A DNA stretch of 64,000 nt, taken from NCBI RefSeq assembly GCF_006345805.1, contig NC_043011.1, positions 10,726,001 to 10,790,000 of the forward strand. Direction: 5' to 3'. How positions within the stretch are numbered: position 1 is the first letter of the stretch; every line of letters begins with the position of its first letter. A program made the position numbers and the translations under genes. The notes below the pieces were generated by a model, which ran no database searches, was not told the origin of the DNA, and saw only the letters and a program-made list of their open reading frames with translations. Below are positions 41,848 to 54,072 of the stretch, one piece after another. This stretch comes from Octopus sinensis. Lineage: Eukaryota.

Positions 41848-42164
41848 CTAAAAATAAGAAGTAATAAATTATAACATATTTGAAAAAAAAAATGCTATTT
41901 TCATTATTGTCGACACCATTGTAGTCTTCACTGTTGGTGGTGACAGCAGAAACATCATCATTATTATTGTGTTTTGTTGTTATGGATATCTCTTGTGATA
42001 GCTCTAGGGAAACTGAGTCATTACGAAATTTTAGTGCATGAATTTTGGTTGTTTTTAAATAATCTTTAAAAAAGGGACTTCAAAACATTTAAATGTATAT
42101 CTCAGTACTGAAGACACAAAAGATTTATCTTTTAGATGTTATATTTCATGAATTTTTTTTCTAT

Positions 42165-43050
42165 CTACAACCTGTCCAATTTGGTGTTGAGGTTTTAACA
42201 AGAGAGGAAGTGACACTGGATATTCACACACACGCACAGAAGAAAATGATGAAATTATGTGCAGAAGCAGAGAGGATGCCAATCAAAGTGGTAGTGCAAG
42301 ATAGAAGTCTTACTTACTATAGATGTGGTGCTAAAGGACACCTGATAGTCTTCTACCTAGAAGAAAAGAAGTGGGGGGAAAAAAAGGCAGCAAACAACAG
42401 CAGGCTCCTAAGATGGGGAACATGATTGCTGCTACAGTCATTGTTCTCACAGAATGGTTACAATACTAAGAATGGAGAGCCAGAGTACCAGCAAAGACAA
42501 ATCACATTGCCTGTCTCTGTGACACCAGTGCCAGAGGCAGGCAAAATGCGCAAAATATAAAGTTGTCTATAAGCTAGAGAGAGCAGTTCCTTCCTGTTGT
42601 TTTGCAGGAGATAGAACATAAAGAAAAGCAGGAAACCATCAGGACAATAAACAATGGAAGAAGTGACAAAAGCAAAAAAATAGAATGAGATCAGACAGAA
42701 CACAAGAGACAAAAAAATCTCTCGAGAAAGGAAAAAAAACCCATCACCTGAGAAAATCGGAACATTACAGTTGTCTGAATTAGTAAGAAGGATCTGATGG
42801 AATGGTTAAATGAAGAAGAATGAAGGTAGAAGGGTTAAAAACAGTCTAAATACACCCCCACCCACCCTAAAATCCTTACACAATGAATGAACCACTTCCC
42901 ATGGGATATGGAGATCTTCAAAGATGCACGTGGGAAAATTTGAAGGATCAGAGCAGAATGTGGACAGAGTGCGGAGGTGCCCTAACCCTACCTGTGTAGT
43001 GATTCCTAACCTCTTGATGGCTGGCTTGCCTTTATTTGATTTGTGCACAA
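42165..43050 (+). mobile_element. L1/Tx1-like ORF1 relic (degenerate zinc knuckle)
   Basis: IKVVVQDRSLTYYRCGAKGHL resembles C-x2-C-x4-H knuckles of LINE ORF1; very decayed. Confidence 0.4.
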
Positions 43051-43129
43051 AATTTTAGTAGTTTTCTATATATTGTATGACCTATCAATGACAATTAACA
43101 TCTCATCCAGTTATAAAAGAATGTAATGT

Positions 43130-43658
43130 GTGACTGCAAAGACCCGACAAATAATGTGAGTTCATGGCTGTTTCCTGCACCAGTTTCACATAGAAGCCCC
43201 AGCCCATCCAAAGTACCTTGGATTGCAGAACGACCTGCTGTGCTTACCTTGGATCATAGGGTGACCTGCTGTGCTTGAGGACACCTATTGAGTCAAGTAC
43301 ATCAACATCAAAATAGATATCAAATGGAAATTGTAGTTATGATACCTGTGCCAGCGGCATGTAAAAAGTATCATCCGAACGTGGCAGATGCCAGCGCCAT
43401 CTTGACTGGCTTCTGTGCCAGTGGCATGTAAAAAATACCAACCGATTGTGGCCGCTGCCAACCTCCCCTGACACCTGTGCCGATGGCACGTAAAAAGCAC
43501 CCACTACACTCATGGAGTAGTTGGCGTTAAGAAGGGCATCCAGCTGTAGAAACACTACCAGATTAGACTGGAGCCTGGTGAAGCTTCTCAGACCCCGGTC
43601 AAATCATCCAACCCGTGCTAGCACGGAAAATGGATGCTAAACAATGATGATGATGATG
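43130..43658 (+). mobile_element. RTE 3'-UTR fragment
   Basis: Shared 3' UTR, (GAT)n tail; internal short duplication of gacctgctgtgctt. Confidence 0.85.
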
Positions 43659-43956
43659 TAATTACTCTTTTGTTAAGTAGAGACAAAGATTGACTCCCCA
43701 GCACTTGAAAATAGCAACAACAACAAAAACAGACAAGGTAATAGGATTTCATTTCATTTCCTTAAGAAAATTCAGAGACCTTTTCTATCTGTTTAAATAC
43801 AGAAAGAAAGAATACTTTAATTACTTCTAACTAATATTTCTTTTTATTAATATATTAAAAGAAGTTATTATTATTATTAATATACTACTCTGTACATTAC
43901 TAAGAACTATTGTTCATGTGCATGCATGTGTGTAAACCATTCTTAAAAGAACTTAC

Positions 43957-44150
43957 CCATCGCTCCATGCACCTTTCCATTCAACTCCACCCCAAGGATT
44001 TCGACATCGAACCATGTAGACTTTTTCACGTTTAAAATAAGCTAAAAGAGATGTGCCAATTATCAATTTTTTAACAGCAGTGATGCTATAGGCATGTCCT
44101 TTCACAAGACCTTCTTCATTTTGAGCCTCCCTTTCTCTTTGCGTCACTGC
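43957..44150 (-). CDS. CAPN5: Calpain-5/Tra-3-like protease, internal exon (catalytic His and Asn, protease core 2)
   Basis: ttattttcAG acceptor, GTaagt donor; [28 protein letters not shown]...[18 protein letters not shown] matches calpain GHAY and RNPWG motifs; 194 nt, phase 0 to 2. Confidence 0.93.
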
Positions 44151-44327
44151 CTGAAAATAATATGAGAAATCATAGTTATAGGCATGGCTATACACAGACA
44201 TAAAGTCATTAATAGTCATACATACTCATGCATATATAAACATATATCTATAATGATAGTAATAATAATAATTATTATTATAATAAGAATAAGAGTAAGA
44301 ATAAAATTTCGTTAATTGTTCTTTAAA

Positions 44328-44520
44328 GGGCTCAAGTTAAAACTAACATTACTAAAGAGATTTTAGATGTTATTGAACAATTCATTCATGATAATCGTAA
44401 ATATAAAAAAATTTTCTCTAGTAATAATTTTGGAGTAGGTTATTCTACCACTAATAATGTAGGTAACATTATTTCTTCTTTTAACAAATCTAAGTTGAAT
44501 AATTTTTATATTGAATTTTC
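44328..44520 (+). mobile_element. Penelope-like RT/linker relic (third family)
   Basis: Stop-free frame QVKTNITKEILDVIEQFIHDNRKYKKIFSSNNFGVGYSTTNNVGNIISSFNK resembles the PLE VKTNIG...KIFNRN...VSYS motif (recall). Confidence 0.55.
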
Positions 44521-44948
44521 AATTGAATTTAAACTTAATTGTAATTCGAATTTAATTATAGCCATGAATCATACGTAGTGTTTTTACCTATTATATTATA
44601 TTTAACTTTCTTGTACTTTTTGGTTAGTTAAAAAAAATTAAAAATTTAAAAATATAAAAATTTTAAAATTTTAAATTCTAATAATTTAAATTTTATATTT
44701 TATATTTTATATGTATATTATATACTCTTACTCTTTATTCTTTTACTCTCTTTTACTTGTTTCAGTCATTTGACTGCGGCCATGCTGGAGCACCGCCTTT
44801 AGTCGATCAAATCGACCCCGGAACTTATTCTTTGTAAGCCCAGTACTTATTCTATCGGTCTCTTTTGCCGAACCGCTAAGTGGCGGGGACGTAGACACAC
44901 CAGCATCGGTTGTCAAGCAATGCTAGGGGGACAAACACAGACACACAA

Positions 44949-44983
<35 letters not shown>

Positions 44984-45329
44984 CATACATATATACGACA
45001 GGCTTCTTTCAGTTTCCGTCTACCAAATCCACTCACAAGGCATTGGTCGGCCCAGGGCTATAGCAGAAGACACTCGCCCAAGATGCCAATATTATATTAA
45101 TTATATTTATTTTTTATTTTTTATGTTTTGGTTTATGTCTATCACTGTTTAAGTTGCCTAATAGTGGTTTTATCTCTAATTTAATTTATATATATATATA
45201 AACAATATATTAACAAAACAATCTCAGGTGCATAATATTTTTATATGTATGTATACGTGTGTGTGTGAGTGTGCAAGGTCATCAGGCTAAAGTTAATGAT
45301 TTTTTTATGTCTTCTTTTATTTAGGACAC

Positions 45330-46210
45330 GGTCACTAGTCATTGCCTCCATAAAGATCATGCTTCACCACCTCATCCCATGTCTTCTTGGGTCTCCCTCT
45401 TCCACAGCTTCTCTCCACTGTTAGCACTTCTTTACACACCTTTCCTCATCACATGACCCACACAGTTGTCTCTCTTGCACACCACATCTGATGCCTATTA
45501 TGCCCAAGATGCTTCTCTCAAGACTCCTACATTCTGTCGTACATGCACATTGGCATTGCATATCTAGTGAAGCATGCTAGCTTCATTTCTTTCAATCCTA
45601 TGCATGTCCTTGGCAGCCACAGCCCATGTTTCACTGTTGTGTAGCATGGCTGCTACACACAGGTATCGTACAATCTGATTTTTAAAAATCAGAGAGAAGC
45701 TCTTTGTTACCAGCAGAGGTAGGAGCTCTCTGATGTTTGCCCAGCCTAGTCTTATTCTCGCAGCTATGCTCTCAGAGCATCCACCTCCACTACTGACTTG
45801 GTCACCTAGATAACGGAAGCTATCAACTGCTTCTAGCTTACCCACCTGGCATTTGATGGAGTCTATTTTCTGTAAGTGTCTAGTGTTAATTGTATCTGTG
45901 CACCTTCCACACACACAAAGACCAAATTCCCTCTTAACCTTCTTCTGATATTGCTGCACCTCTTATGTTTCCATAGCTTACACCAGGTACACCATATGGA
46001 GTTTCTACCTACACTTTTTGGGCCATCTACTTGGAGGAATTAGTGGTTTGTCTACTTTTCTACTTACTAAGACTTATGATTTTGCTAGATTAACTCTAAA
46101 GCCTTTCGATTCTAGGACCTTACTTCTACATCCAAAATTTCGTCTCTAGTTCTGGAAGTGATTTGATTATTAGAACAAGGTCAATAGCATAGAGGAGCTG
46201 CCAGAGGCAG
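45330..46210 (-). mobile_element. RTE fragment (one of few in sense orientation to calpain)
   Basis: KLEAVDSFRYLGDQVSSGGGCSESIAARIRLGWANIRELLP; LLYADD remnant. Confidence 0.8.
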
Positions 46211-46343
46211 CCCATCATAAATCACAAGCATGCACACACACACACCTACATATATATATAGTAATAATAATAACAATAATCCCTGATAATGCATTAAATT
46301 TATAAACATTTAATGCATTACTACACACGTTTCCACAAATCAT

Positions 46344-46695
46344 GTCTCTTAAGATCACGGTCCATATTCCTGGGATGATTACAGTGTAGTCCATAGTATC
46401 CCTAGGCATCAAGCAAATCATCTTCATAGATGCATTTCTTCAGGCAATGTAACATTAATGGCTGTTTACCAGAGAGATGTTTATCTCTTTTGAACTGTGT
46501 GATGGTTGGTTGAGTTATGACACAACTAACTCACAAACTCAACCAACCTTCACACAGTTCAAAAGAGATAAACATCTCTCTGGTAAACAGCCATTAATGT
46601 TACACTGTCTGAAGAAGATGATCTACCCTATGCCCATGGATACTATGGACTACACTGTAATCATCCCAGGAATATGGACTGTGATCTTAAAAGAC
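46344..46695. repeat. Long near-perfect inverted repeat (foldback), with degenerate extension to ~46262-46765
   Basis: 46448-46516 pairs with 46536-46604 (69 bp, 1 mismatch, 19-nt loop); an outer ~50-bp block is also near-perfect. Confidence 0.92.
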
Positions 46696-48559
46696 TTGAG
46701 GAAATGCCCATAGCAATGCACTAAATGTCCATAGATTCCATCCAAGGATTGTTATTATCATTATCATACTCATCCTGCATTATATCAACACAGCTTGATG
46801 CAACCCCCAAAAACTGGTTCACCACTTGGCATCATTAGACTGTGGCCAGTATAATGGAGTAGGAGCTTTATTTGCATATTCAAAACGTTTCCCATAAATG
46901 AATTTAAAAGATACATTATTAACAACAGAAGTATTCTTAATACCAACAGGTAATACTAATCCCCACTTAAAAATGGATGTTGTGTTAGGACCCAAGACAC
47001 TGGGATAGTTACCATAACAGAGACCCTTGTATTCACTTTTGGTGCCTATAAGCACGCTTGTTTTACATTGCAACAGAAGACAAAAGATGGATATGCTTAG
47101 AAACAACTATCTCCCAGCTAGCAGCAACTCTCTTTCATCTGTCTTTACTACAGTATATACAACTTCCTGTAAGATCATGTAGTTTTTATAATAATGAAAT
47201 GATTGTATATAGTGGGCTCAGGTGCACCACAACTTGTCAAAAGTGCGTATAAAGCATATGCAGTCTGGAAAGTGAACAGTGTAGGAGACATATACATGCT
47301 TGCATGTGTATGGAGGGGAGAAAATTTGGTTCCATTTAAGATATTGATCAACAAATATGTACTCTACTCAGTGAGAGATAAATAACACTAAATGTACACT
47401 GTATTAAAATAAGAGCTATTAAAACTTTCTTGTCGTTGAGACATGTGATCAGGCACATTATAAAACCTGTCTAAACATGTGCCTTAATGACAAGAAATTA
47501 TTAGTAGCTCATTAATAGTGTACATCAAATTGCACACACACACACATTTATAACAAACATTGAAGCTTCAAGTGAGTTGGTGTTTTTAGATATGAAGAAA
47601 TATAAGTTATTCTTCTGCATTATTCATTTCTGAAAATACTAACTTGATGTAATAATTTTTCAGTCTAGTCAGATGCTAAGATCATTGGAATAAAAAGTAG
47701 AAGTACTATATATATAAAATGTGACAAAAAAATCTGTACTGTAACAGGTTCGAATGAAATAAAACCAGAAATTCATTTACAAAAAAAAAAAGTTTTGTAA
47801 AGAGATTAAGAATGAATAATTCTATTGAAGGGAAGTAACTCTGTATAGCCGTTGATATTTAAATGGTTTTTACGTAAAAAAACAAAACAAAAATTGTTTC
47901 CAACTTTTATATTTAAATGGAAGACATAGAGATGGTATAGGAGAGAATTTTAAAAAATTCATTAGTACACTGACTGAGTAATGTCACTGAATAAAAGAGA
48001 TATACAATGAAGGTAATATGGTATCAGGAAAGATTTAGCAATATATACAGGTATTCTTTGGTAAAGTTAGTTTTGTAAGTTCATGATAAGATTAGAATTA
48101 TATTCCCATTTAAAAAAATGCCTTTTTTTTTAGTTTCACTTGTTTCAGTCATTTTACTGAGGTCATGCTGGAGCACTGACTTGAAGGGTTCTTCAGTCGA
48201 AGTTATCAACAAGAATTTTTTTTAAAGCCTAGTACTTCTTTCATCAGTGTCCATTGCTGAACCACCAAGTTACAGGGACCCAAACATGCTAACACCATTT
48301 GTCAAGCGGTTGGTGGGGTGAATAGACAAAGGCACACACACACACACATGTATGTGTGGTATATATATATATATATATATATATGATGAGCCTCTTTTAG
48401 TTTCCAGCTACCAAATCCATTCACAATGCTTTGGTTGGCTTGAGACTGTATTAGAAGACACTTGCCCAAAGTGTCATACAGTGGGCTTGAACCTGGAAGC
48501 ATGTGGTTGAGAAGCAAGGTTCTTACCACACAGCTACACCTGCACCTATGTGTGTGTGT

Positions 48560-49116
48560 AAATGTGAGTGTATGAGTGTTTAGCTCAAAATGGCTTAGAT
48601 ATGGTGAATCCTCAAGAAAAACAAATTTCATTTTTGAAATCTGTATCCCAAAGACAATGTCATCCGTAAATAATAATAAAAAACTAGAAGTTGCTACAAG
48701 AACTAACTCAACTTTTAGATCACAACTCTCCTGTTTTCTTTCTATTACCATTAATCTCTCTCTCTATTATTTACTACACTTTTTATCACTCTTTCTCTCT
48801 CAATTTGTATTTGTATTATCTCTCATGGATTACTTCATTTTGTTTAAAACTTCTTGTTTAGACCCATTATGCACAACTTCTGTTTTCTCATTGGGTACAA
48901 ATGATCGATCTTTAAGCCTCTGTAACATTCTTCTAAAATTTTTCTGAAATAAATGAATCACAAACTCGGAATCAACATGTAAAAGTACATCAATATACCA
49001 AATTTGAAAGTTTTGACTTAATTTTAAAATTTCAAAATCTGTGACAGCAACAGAAAAGATGTCTATTTCTTTCATTTGTCACATTTCTCATTACAAACTT
49101 TTCACCTCTATATATT

Positions 49117-49150
<34 letters not shown>

Positions 49151-49298
49151 TATAAAAGTACATTGCTCATGCAGTGTGTGTGTTTGTCAGTGTGAGTATG
49201 CATGCTTGTAAGGAATTTCATTAGGGTGACAATGATATACAAAAATATGTAAAAGACAATTTATTTCAATAGTTAGTTTTCTGTTAGTAAATGTTTTT

Positions 49299-49335
<37 letters not shown>

Positions 49336-50020
49336 GACTCAGTTGATACAAGATGGAGATTAAAAATTTAAATTACAAAATTGTTTTTCAGTATTACTGA
49401 AATCCCAGTAATGGGCATCATCTTTCCATAAAATGTGTTTATGGGGAAAAAAATACTGAAAAACATCAATACATGTCAGAGTAACAAAGAAACGAGGCAG
49501 GTACCTGATGGTTGTGGGATGCTCTAGAAACAAAAGCTAAACCTCCTTTCAATCATACACCTTTCCATTTGAAAATAATTTTGAAATTATAAACAGAAGC
49601 AAATTGCAGATTTAGACTGTCCATATTTTAAAACTATGATTAAAAGAAATTTCCAAAAAAGCTGAAATTTTAGGATTAATGATGGTGGTTAATTAAAAAA
49701 CTTTTTAAAGATTTCACTAATGTTTTTAAATTCTGTTTCATTTTCAGTTTGAAAATAAAAGTAGGGATTGTAATTGTGATCAGCAATTTCCAAAAATTTT
49801 TTTTTAACCTCCAAAGCTTCTCCTTTCCTTTTTAAGTACATAGTCCACTTTTTAAGCACAATTGGCCAAAATCAGTCCTGAGTTGGGGAGGTGGGTTTGA
49901 AACAATTCATACAGTTTAAAATTTTTTGTTTCTTTTTTAACAGAAAATATGCCTCTGATTGTTTTTAAGTACAAAAAAAAGGAAGTAGAAAATGGACAAA
50001 ATTGGGCCAGAAAGGAAGGA
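48560..50020. repeat. Old ~1.5-kb non-coding element; inverted collinear copy at ~59175-60680
   Basis: Blocks such as ccataaaatgtgtttatgggg...catcaatacatgtcagagt and ttcaaatttggta occur in inverted, collinear order at both loci. Confidence 0.7.
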
Positions 50021-50399
50021 GTTGGGGGATTCATAAATTTTCAAAAATTTTTTTATACAAAGTTTCCCTCCATCATTAGCAAGAGTGTGACAGAAAAAAG
50101 ATTTGAAAAATCCCTGACAAAATGAAGAGAATACAACTTACAAGCATGTGCTATTCTGAAATTTTGTCAAGGCATTTTTTTGTGAAAATTACCTGGCAAT
50201 GATGGGACAGTCAGCCAACATATATATATATATATATGTATATAGTAGTATAATAAAAAAAAAGTTCTATGTTTGAAAAAATGAGTGGGGGATAATTTTC
50301 ATTTTAATGCTAATGCTTGCAGTTACTCTAATGAGTTTCAAGCTTTTCAATAGTCATTTTCAAACTGAAATTCTGTGGTTTAAAAGGTTGGTTGTATAG

Positions 50400-50915
50400 C
50401 CAAAGACTTTTTCTTACAAGTAAACAAATACAAAATAAAAATAGAAAATAAATAAAAGATAGAAAATAAAAAAAGTAAAAAGAACAGCCTGTGTGAAAAA
50501 AGAACAGTAGAAAAAAGGAAAAAAAGCAAAAAAGGTGGAAAAGATGACCATTGTGTATGTATGTGTATGTAAATATGTACAAGAATGAGTGTGTGTGTGT
50601 ATATATATGTGATTAAATAAGGACAAACTATACAAACTGTGAAAAATTAACAAAATGACCTCAAATCAAGATTCACAAAAGGTCATCTTTTGACAAGAAC
50701 TCAACATTTTTGACCACTACTAAAAAATATTCCATTTCTTTATTCCTTACCATTTTCAACTTCTTACTCTTTCAATCCCTTCTTTCCTCTTGTTCTTCAT
50801 GTTCTTTTTCCTTCTTTTCCACCTTTTTTTTGTTTTTTTCTTTTTTCACACATGCTGTTGTATTTACTTTTTGTATTCTTTTATTCTTTTTTATATATTT
50901 TTTGTAAGGCTTATA
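50400..50915. repeat. Degenerate inverted repeat (~130-bp arms)
   Basis: aagtaaaaagaacagcctgtgtgaaaaaag...aaaaggtggaaaaga is inverted at ~50805-50915. Confidence 0.5.
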
Positions 50916-51189
50916 CATAGTGAGGTAATACACCAGTAGTGCCTATGGATACATTTATCCCTTAGATGGTTGCATAACCTCGAACTCATAATTTATATAT
51001 ATATATATATATATATATTTCATTTTTGGATTTGGTTTGCAAGATTCTTTATGAGTTCGTGTGTTGAAGCATATTCTGTTGTCTGGGGAGAGTCATTCTC
51101 TTTTAGTGCCTTATAATTTAACACACTCAACAGTAAAATTTCCACTTATTTCTTTTTTATTTTTCTAAAACGTTTGTTCGGCAACGATG

Positions 51190-51610
51190 TGAAGCAGCTG
51201 AAGACTGGTCAAACCCTGGCTGATGAAAGTTGCTGCCAGAAGGCCATATGCCTGGCAGCAGGATTTGGCTCCATGCCATTCCTCCAGAAAGAGTCAGAAC
51301 TGGTTGTTGAAGATTTCTACAACTTCACCAGCCCCAATTACTGGCTTCTTAATTCCCCGACTGTAATCTTATGGAAGCAACTGAGAAAGACACCAACCAC
51401 ACTCTCTGCAACATCAAGGCCAAGTAGGTGACCAAGATCAAAGAGGTGTTCAAAGAACTTTTAGAATACACCAGATCCCAGAGCTGCTTTGAGGTTGTGG
51501 TGGAAGCATAGGGTGGCTACTGCAAGTAAATCGTTTTCTCCCAGCCATAATCTACTTGATATTTTCTGACATTTTCAAATACTTTTATTTTGAGACGAAA
51601 CATTGTGTAT
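51190..51610 (+). mobile_element. Tc1/mariner-superfamily (maT/DD37D-like) transposase 3' relic
   Basis: Frameshifted QDLAPCH, FTSPNYWLLNSP and a KIKEVF...EVVVEA.GGY ending. Confidence 0.6.
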
Positions 51611-52030
51611 TTCTTTTCCTTTCGTGCAAACTATGAAATTTAGCCAGAGCACTTGTGTGTGTGTGTGCATGTGTGTGTGTGTGTCCATGTGTGTGTATAC
51701 ATGTTGGTATACTTGTTTTTTACTTGTTTCAGTGATTTGACTGCAGCCATGCTGTAGCACCGCCTTTAGTCGAGCAAATTGACTCCAGGACTTATTCTTT
51801 GTAAGCCTATTACTTATTCCATCAGTCTCTTTTGCTGAACCACTTAGTTACAGAGATGTAAACACACCAGCATCGATTGTCAAGCAATGTTGGGGTTAGG
51901 GTTAGGAAACAGCAGAACCAGATACAAAACGTCCCCACTCAGAGTCCTCAGACATTTTTTAAGTATGCTAGCCACTTGTTGAAATTAATATTAATTGATA
52001 ATATTACTTTCTACCCTGATTATTTAATTT

Positions 52031-52081
<51 letters not shown>

Positions 52082-52241
52082 GTAAAATAATATGTGACAA
52101 TTATTCAGCAGCCAAGATAAAACTCTGAGTTTCAGATGCCGAGGAGGAAATCCACACCACCATCTCTTCGGTTATCTGGCCAGATAAATTTCCTCTATTT
52201 ACATTTCTTTCTTTTGTTATCTTACCATTTTTACCAATATA

Positions 52242-52290
<49 letters not shown>

Positions 52291-52329
52291 ATATATATGC
52301 ATATAAAAATGTGTATATAAAATATATAG

Positions 52330-53460
52330 AGAGAGGAGAGCTTGCCAGATGTTGACCTAGTAGAGGGACCAGCTATCTGAATAGACAGCTCCCTGGTAGA
52401 TAAAGCAATTAAGTGTATGAAGCCAGAAAAAGCCGCTGACCCATCAGGAATCACTGCTGAGATACTTAAAATATCTGGTGGTGTGGGCTATGGCCTAGTC
52501 ACCATATTGTAAACCAGGCAGCAGCACCATAGTCAATTGCTACAAGGGTAAAGGTGATGCTCTAGATAGAAATAACTACAGGGGTATCAAACTGCTGGAT
52601 CAGGTGATGAAGGTCACTGAGAGGGTCATAGCCCATCTCATGAGGGAGAGAATCTGCTTAGATGAGATGCAGTTCGGTTTTGTGCCAGGTAGAAGCACAA
52701 CTGCAGAAATACCTAGCTAAACCCCTATACTTAACTTTTGTGGACTTGGAGAGAGCCTTTGACAGGGTCAAAACACTGAGTTTTATAGATATATATTTTA
52801 TATATCATCGTCATCATCATCATCATCATTATTGTTTAATGTCTGTTTTCCATGCTAGCATGGGTTGGACAGTTCGACCGGGGTCTGGGAAGCCAGGAGG
52901 CTGCACCAGGCTCCAGTCTGATCTGGCAGTGTTTTCTACAGCTGGATGCCCTTCCTAACACCAACTACTCCATGAGTGTAGTAGGTGCTTTTTATGTGCC
53001 ACCAGCACAGGGGCCAGAGGAGGCTGGCAATGGCCACAACTGGTTGGCATTTTTTACGTGCCACTGGCACAGAAGCCAGTCAAGATGGCGCTGGCATCTG
53101 CCACGTTTGGATGGTGGTTTTTACATGCCACTGGCACAGGTATCACAACTACAATTTCCATTTGATTTTCATTTTGATGTTAATATACATGACTCAGTAA
53201 GTCTCCTCAAGCACAGCAGGTTGCCCATGATCCAATGTACTCACTTTATTTGCCGGGTCTTCACAGTCACAGCTTCCACACCCAAAATTTCTTTTCTAGT
53301 TCTGGTAGTGATTTTGCTATGAGGGACAGGTCATCAGCATAGAGGAGCTCCCAGGGGCAACCCGTTTTGAATTCCTCTGTTATTGCCTGGAGGACTATGA
53401 TGGATAAAAGGAGACTGAGGGCTGAACCTTGGTGGAGCCCTACTTCTACCCAGAATTCTT
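52330..53460. mobile_element. Two tail-to-tail RTE fragments (+ 52330-52745; - 52805-53460)
   Basis: Plus piece EGPAI to AFDRV; minus piece GLHQGSAL...LLYADD plus 3' UTR and (GAT)n. Confidence 0.75.
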
Positions 53461-54072
53461 CACTACAGTATGTGTATGCTTTTTATGCGTTTCCACATTT
53501 TTCATCTGATTTTGATGAAAATTTTTTTTATTAAATTGCAAATTTACTCAGGCAGGTCACTGCTTTGGGATACCCATTTCAAGGAGAAAAATCGATAAAA
53601 CTGAAGGGAACCCCACCACACCTCTTGCAAAAAAAAAAAAGCAAAAGTTGCACGCAAGCAAAGTTTTTATAGGAATGTCCAATTTCTATAATTTTGGTGT
53701 CAAAAGGACTGCCATGTTGTGACATTGCAGATGAATATTTTGGCACTGCTTTGGACCCCTGATTCCCAAGAAAATTGTGGAAAACACTTTTGCAAAGTTA
53801 CACGGTAGAAAACTTTCTACTGGAAAGTCTGATTTCCTTGGTTTCTCTGGCTAAAAAACCACCATGTAATGGCGGTTCTATCAAGTATCTGTTCTGTGTC
53901 CAAAGGCATCTGTGTGTGACAAAACAATGTGAGAAACGGTGAAAAAATCGATTTTATACACTTTTTACCCCTTTAAATCTTCAAAAACTTCTCACTGCTT
54001 TGGTAGATTGCGTTCAAACTTTAGACACTATTTACTCACCCTAAGGATAAACATTATTTACATTATTTACAA

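Noticed and set aside
46819-47106. 95-aa minus-strand ORF with a signal-peptide-like start
   Set aside because: The start is TTG directly after an in-frame TAG, the acceptor context is weak, and there is no recognisable motif.
52330-53460. Twin-priming inversion of a single RTE
   Set aside because: The inverted piece lies beyond the tail rather than 5' of the 3' piece, so these are two separate copies.
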